Below, in pieces: positions 58,201 to 64,000 of a stretch of DNA of 64,000 bases. Under the pieces are notes generated by a model. The model saw only the letters and a list, made by a program, of their open reading frames with translations, had not been told where the DNA came from and made no database searches. A program made the translations under genes and the position numbers. The stretch spans positions 18,168,001-18,232,000 of the forward strand of contig NC_087437.1 of assembly GCF_036321535.1 (NCBI RefSeq), given 5' to 3'. Within the stretch, counting starts at the first letter, position 1. Each line of letters opens with the position of its first letter. This stretch comes from Camelus dromedarius. Lineage: Eukaryota.

Positions 58201-60719
58201 GAGATTCAGTTATGACTGGGTATCTCTAACAAATTGATGGACTGAGGACTGGGATGCAGCAAGTATAGGCAAATCAGTTAGCTGTATCTATAACAAAGGA
58301 AAGAACCAGTACAGCAGCTGAGCAAGCAACCAGGTCATAAGGACTTTGCAGCATGGGATTGCTCTGTGCATTGGGTACTTCTGGAACGGGGAAACCTCCT
58401 GACAGTGAGTCTCCTCCAGAACACAGGTTGTAGAAACCCATCAGTATTTGTTGACTGCCTCTTCCATGCAAGGCTTCCTGCTAGGCCTTGGCAACACGAG
58501 GGTAAGCAGGAATGCAGGACAAGTCCCTGCTTTATACCTGTCCTCAAAGGGTTTTGATTTGGGATTTTGTAATGCTAGGGGAGTTGCCTGGCTGAATAAG
58601 ACAATTTGCCCAGGTCCTGCCCGCCTGTCCTGGAGTCGTGGTGCAGGCTGGAAGAAGCCTGGGTATCTGTTGCAGAGAAGTCCACATATCACTGAGAAGG
58701 CCTCACGCACCATCCACTTTGCAGCCCACAGTGCCATCATGCAGTAGACACCTGTTGGCACAAACTAAAACAGAAGCAGGAGCCACTTTGAAGCCAATGT
58801 ATCACTTCTGGTCAGGAGCTCAAAGCACTTTCTCTGGGTGACTGTTGTGCTGAACCAATGCAAAGAAAAGGCTCTTGAATCTTGAGGTTCAATGGACCCT
58901 TAGTGATCAGTTTTCAGGCCCAAGTTCTCACCAATCTCCTCTGTAAGATCTCTGACTGATCAGAATTGTGGAATCAATGACTCCTCCAGACCCACCCCCT
59001 CAACCCCCTGCCGTTGACCCACACCCCTGATAGGCTCTGCTGAGCGGGGAATGCATCTTCATTTCTACAAGAGCCTGACGACGATCAGCTATTGCAGCGA
59101 CAGAACAATTCAGCTCATTACCTCGTCCTGGTTCGAGTTCTCCCATTCACACCCCGCACCCTGACCTCTATTCCGAGTCCTCTCTATCCCTTGGGAATAT
59201 TTTTCTTTGCTTGCCTAGTTTGATTCTTCTCTCTCGTCTGGTCATTAGGTACATCTTCATATGGTGTAAAGACACTCCTGGCACAGTAACTGACTGGGAA
59301 TTGGCCCAGTTCCGCTTGTCGGATGTTGAGTGTCTGCTCTCTGCAGAAACAGGCGGGTGATACAAGGGTCGGCACATGTCCTCCTCCCTAAAGAACTCAG
59401 CAAGTGTTAGTGGCTGGCGGCTCCGTCTTCTGGCTGTTATTCTAGTGTTGAACCTGCTCCATTCCCTCCAGGAGGGAGACAGGCGAGGAAATGTTTGTTA
59501 ACAGCCATGGGCATGAAAACAGACAGAGAGCAAGGCGTGTAGGTACGAATGATTCCTTCCACATCCTTTCCTCCTGTGTCTAGAGAGGACTTGGTGGATC
59601 TTGGTAGCTCCTCTCAGAAACTGGCAGGGGGACACGTGCAGGGAAGAAGAAAGAGTGCAGGACCACACTTGAGGTTCTGCTGACTTTAGAGTTTGCTTTT
59701 CTTAGATTCCCTAGAAAAGTAGAGTTTGATTACAGTGTGTAAATCAACTTACTATAATACATCACTTCGCTTCAGATTTCCCAAAACTGAAAATGGTCTC
59801 AATGTTTATCTCAGTTTCACATCAGTATCAGATTCCAGCCATGAGATCAAAGCATCTTCTTCTCCCTAAATTGTGGGTTCTGATTTTTAGGTGGAGGGGA
59901 AAAAGCATTTTCAGGTTGTAGCCGTAAACCGATTACAAACTTCCAATCATTGTCATCCCTATGTGCATAAGTCAAGCTCATCGTTGAAATTACTTCAGAA
60001 GATACAACTCACTACTTTTTTTTTTTTTTCATATTGAATCATGCAGTCATGGAAGTTTAGAGCCAGTATGCTCCATACTGACAAACCACTGCAGCGGTTC
60101 CCAAATGCCAGGTTTGGACGGAGCTGGTCTGTAAACAAATTTTCATTTGTTCTCCTCACTTCAAGGTGAAATGAAGGAACTGAGGGTTATGTGTCACTGT
60201 CAAGTGCCTATTCAGTCTTCTTATTCTGGTATTAAAATATCACTTATAAAATAACAGAGCTAGTAGGTGTTAACTGTTGCATGTTTTCTTTCTGTTATGT
60301 TCTTATTGGCAAAACAAAAGCTGATAACCTTGGAGCACCTGCAAAACTTTCTGTTAATTGAACCTACGGTTCACTGCCACCCCCCACTACCAGGGGTTAC
60401 ACTCCCACCCTACAGAGAGCCAGCCTGATGGGAATCCGGAACAGGAAGACTTGTGAGAAGAGACACTCTGCTCAGAAGTGTTCAAAAGACACCCAACTAA
60501 GGTCCAAGGCAGAGCTTTGCCAAGACCCAATTTCAAATAAGGGTTGTGATTAGGGTTCATGAAGGCATATGTCAGAGCCATCCATGTCTGTTGGTTCATT
60601 CACACATGGGGATCAGGATATCTTCATAAGAATCTGACATAATTCCAACTTTGAAAAACTGCCAATATAAGATTCTGAAAGATAAAAATAATTAGGGTAT
60701 TTGTGTCTTGCAATTTATG

Positions 60720-63240
60720 CATTTTAATGATTAAGAACAGTGCAATACTAGTGACTGAACTGTCAGATTAATGGAATAAACAAAAAGTTCAGAAGACCCA
60801 AACACACATAATAATTTAAATTTGACAAAGGGGATATTTTTTAAAGTGAAGAAGACATGACTTGTCAGGTAACGATGTTGAGACAACTGGGTGATGTTTG
60901 GAAAATAAATAAATAGATAGCATTCCTAACTCATAGCTAACACCCTCCCCTCAAAAAATCTAGATATATTAAGTATTCAGAGTTTAAATCTTTTAACAGA
61001 AGTAACAGAAATTATGGATGAACATGTATGAATATTGTAGTGAAGAAAGCCTTTCTAATTCTGACACCAAGGCAGAAATTACAAAGGAAAACATCAGACA
61101 TATAAAAATTTAAAATCTCTATAGGAAGGAACCTGTAAACAAAATTAGAAGGCAAAAAGTAGCACATATGACAATGAATTAATATTTTCAACATATGTAA
61201 ATGTCTAATATATAATATTTTATGTAATTTTAATTTATAAGCAATATGAATGTATAAAAGCAATATGAAGCAAATGAAATAATAAAAAGATAATCTCTAA
61301 AAATCAAAAGTAAAGTGAAGAAGCAAACCTAATTATATATCCACTGTGTAGCATAAACACAGAGAGAAACTTCACTATGTGAAGTGATTTTAAAACACAG
61401 TAATTTAACTGGGCACCCCTAGTGGGAAACACCCTAAGGACGAAAAAACTCAAAAAAATAACAATAATAAATTTTAAACTGTTTCCAATATTCATATTGT
61501 GGACAATAAAGTTGGTTTTGCTGTTCTGAGACATAATTTTGATGCTAAGAGCCAAGATCTTGGTGTGGAAATAAAGAGATACAAATAGATCAATGAAATA
61601 AAGTAAAAATCCTGTAGTCCTGAATTTGAATGGGAAATATCAGTATGAACTTACAACACATTTTCTTACTGGTATTTCCTACCTCTGTCCACTGAAAGGG
61701 CTTAGAAGTAGTAACAAGACCAGTAGTAATAAGGGGCCCCCGCACCCAGGTTGTGTCTTTAAAAACTATTTTCTTTTAAGAAACCAGGATTCCCCCAGAG
61801 AAATGACTAATTTCGGGTCTGAAGCATAAAAGATACTATATAAGCCTGGGGAACCCTTCATACCAGATAGCAAGGAAGCTATCAGACTACTAAGACCATT
61901 CAAAAGGATTCAGGAACCAACTGGAAGAGGCACCCATTGGCCAAAGACAGAACAATTTCAGCATCAATAAGGATAACAGCTGCCATCAATTTCAACGTGT
62001 GAAGTGTATTTAAATGCACGCGTTCCTATAGTACCTGTAGAGGATCCTAGGAAACCATCTCATTATTTTGAAAGGGGAAAGGAACCCTTAGCTTCCTTAC
62101 CTATATAAATTGTATCTTAAGGCAACCAGACAGTTCTATTTGGAGAATGCCTCCTTACAGACATTTTCCAGCTAGTTAATGTCAAAGAAATGATAGACTA
62201 TCACAACTTTGGGAATCTCTAATCAGTAGATGGATTTAGGCAATGATCTGAGGATATATCATCAAAGCCATCACCAATACCATAAAAAGAGCAAACCAGA
62301 CATATGTAGCTCCTGCTGGAAGTGCACAATGCCACCTAAGTGCCTTGTCAAAAAAGAACAGAAAAATCAAAAAAGTTGAACCTGATCAAGTATTTAGATC
62401 TAACTACAAATTTACAGATAGTTCATGGGGAAGAGGAATGCTTTAAACACCATCACAGTAATACAGTCGGCAAAAGCCAGACAAGGGGGAATTCTACAAG
62501 GCAAATAACCAAATTTCTTCAGCAACAAAAAAATAATATTGTGAGAGATAAAAGGGGGAGGGGGGCGAGGAAGGACAGAGTAGAGAAGAGAAATCTATGG
62601 ATTAAAAAGAGACTTAAACACATACAGGAAAATAGAGGAAATGTGAACACTGAATAGATATTGGATGATGTTTTGAAAATATCACTGATTTTTGTTTTAG
62701 TGTTATGGTGGTGGTGGTGGTAGTGTGGTTATTTTGAAAAGGAAGTGTATTTTAGAGAAACATGGAAATATCTGTAGATATAATGATATGATTATTCAGG
62801 AGATTGGCAAGAGATTTGCAGAAAATAAGAGTCATCACGGATTGATAATTGTTAAAGCTGAGCGGTGCAGACATCACTCATTATGCATTCTAATTTTATA
62901 TATACTTGAAATTCTCCATAATAAAAAGATAAAGAAAAAAGCAGCAGAGAAAGTTAATTACATCAACTGAGGAAAAAAATGGGCTAAGAATATGATCAGG
63001 TAATTTGTAAAAGAAAACATAAAAATAATCGGTATGAGAACAAAAAAGAATCCTACATTAGAAGAAAACTAAAACATGCAAAATCTTTAAATGGTGAGGT
63101 TTCATTTCTCACCTAGCAAGTTGTCCAAACATTTAAAGATGAACAATACCCCCTAGTGGCAAGGGAATGTGAAAGCGAGCATCTCAAACATCACATTCAA
63201 TTGGCTCAGGTTTTCTGGAGAGCGTTTAGCAATATGTAAC
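60720..63240 (+). mobile_element. Old L1 remnants (L1MC/L1ME-like, probably several nested pieces)
   Basis: Degenerate ORF2 and 3' UTR blocks (aatttgacaaaggg, aaagcctttctaattctgacaccaa, acctgatcaagtatttagatctaactacaaatttacag, tacttgaaattctccataataaaaag). Confidence 0.6.
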
Positions 63241-63919
63241 CAAAATCCCCAGAAGGACACAGTAAGGAGCCAGGGCTCCAAGTCCCGCTGGCCAGGTCAG
63301 ATCCCAGATGTACCACTTATAAGAGACAGGACTCAAAGCAAGTTTCTTAACTGCTCTGTCTCAGCTCCTAGTCCTAAAATGACTGAATTAGGAGCACCAC
63401 TTCAGAGTTGCTGTGAGTTTCAGTCAGCGAATGTCCGTGAGAGACTTGGACCCGTGCCTGGCACAGAGTGCTGGCTTTCATTACGATGTTGGTCCAACAA
63501 CCTCACTTCTAAGTACTAAGGAAAACTTAATCAAGTGCACAAAGATGTATATACACATTTATCATTCCATGATTTATCAAAAACCCAAAGTGGAAATGCC
63601 TGGTTAAATAAATTTTTGTAATCTTTACCTTGTAATACTATATGGCCAATAAATACAATTGTGTGAAACAAATGTACTGATGGAGGGATGTTTATAATTA
63701 TTTTCAAGAGGGAAAATCAAGCTAGGGAAGAATAAATATAGTTGAACCCTAGGAAGGAGACATGTATTTTTTTTAATCAGTGCATGTATACCTAGTAATT
63801 GACTCTGGATTTGGGGGTTATTCAAATTTATTTTTCTTTTTGATTATCTGTGTTTTCTAATTCTTCTACATCAATTTCATTGCTTGGACACTTTTTAAAC
63901 AATTTAATATGCTACATGT

Positions 63920-64000
63920 TGTGATGGTTAATTTTATGTGTCAACTTGCCTAGGCTAAGTGATGCTCAGGTAGCTAGTAAAACCTTATTTCTGGATGTCT
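63920..64000 (+). mobile_element. MLT2-like (ERVL) LTR 5' end, cut by the window edge
   Basis: tgtgatggttaattttatgtgtcaacttg...cttatttctggatgtct is the characteristic MLT2 start. Confidence 0.75.

Noticed and set aside
56000..64000. 3' exons of DZIP1L, the expected downstream neighbour on the - strand
   Set aside because: I found no minus-strand frame resembling the DZIP1L C-terminus as I recall it. The gene probably lies beyond the window; a TBLASTN search would settle this.
1..64000. A previously undescribed multi-gene or defence-type system
   Set aside because: All recognisable coding signal is explained by CLDN18 and decayed transposons. The other ORF-track entries are short, often have non-ATG starts, and show no family resemblance.

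Overview
This is mammalian genomic DNA, very probably from a camelid, judged from six copies of a tRNA-derived SINE matching the camelid Vic-1 type. It contains the complete claudin-18 gene (CLDN18) on the + strand. There are two mutually exclusive 220-nt coding first exons: exon 1b (8030-8249, stomach-type CLDN18.2) and exon 1a (16555-16774, lung-type CLDN18.1). Both splice to shared exons at 27340-27504, 28131-28248, 30260-30370 and 32155-32326, giving 261-aa proteins, and the 3' UTR probably ends near 34410. The rest is intron or intergenic sequence full of SINEs, L1s, solo LTRs, old DNA transposons and microsatellites. I found no second protein-coding gene, no RNA gene, no CRISPR array and no convincing novel multi-gene system. 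The best leads are: (1) a probable gene-conversion tract between the two first exons that gives CLDN18.2 the 18.1-type Ile69; (2) an L1 with an apparent 3' transduction inside a four-layer nested insertion; (3) a solo LTR with a TATA box, two octamers and a tandem CCAAT array pointing back at CLDN18; (4) unusually CpG-rich ancient repeats at the 18.2 promoter; (5) an in-frame stop inside the exon 4 donor that encodes a tail-less isoform. Repeat family names and human/mouse comparisons come from memory and need database confirmation.
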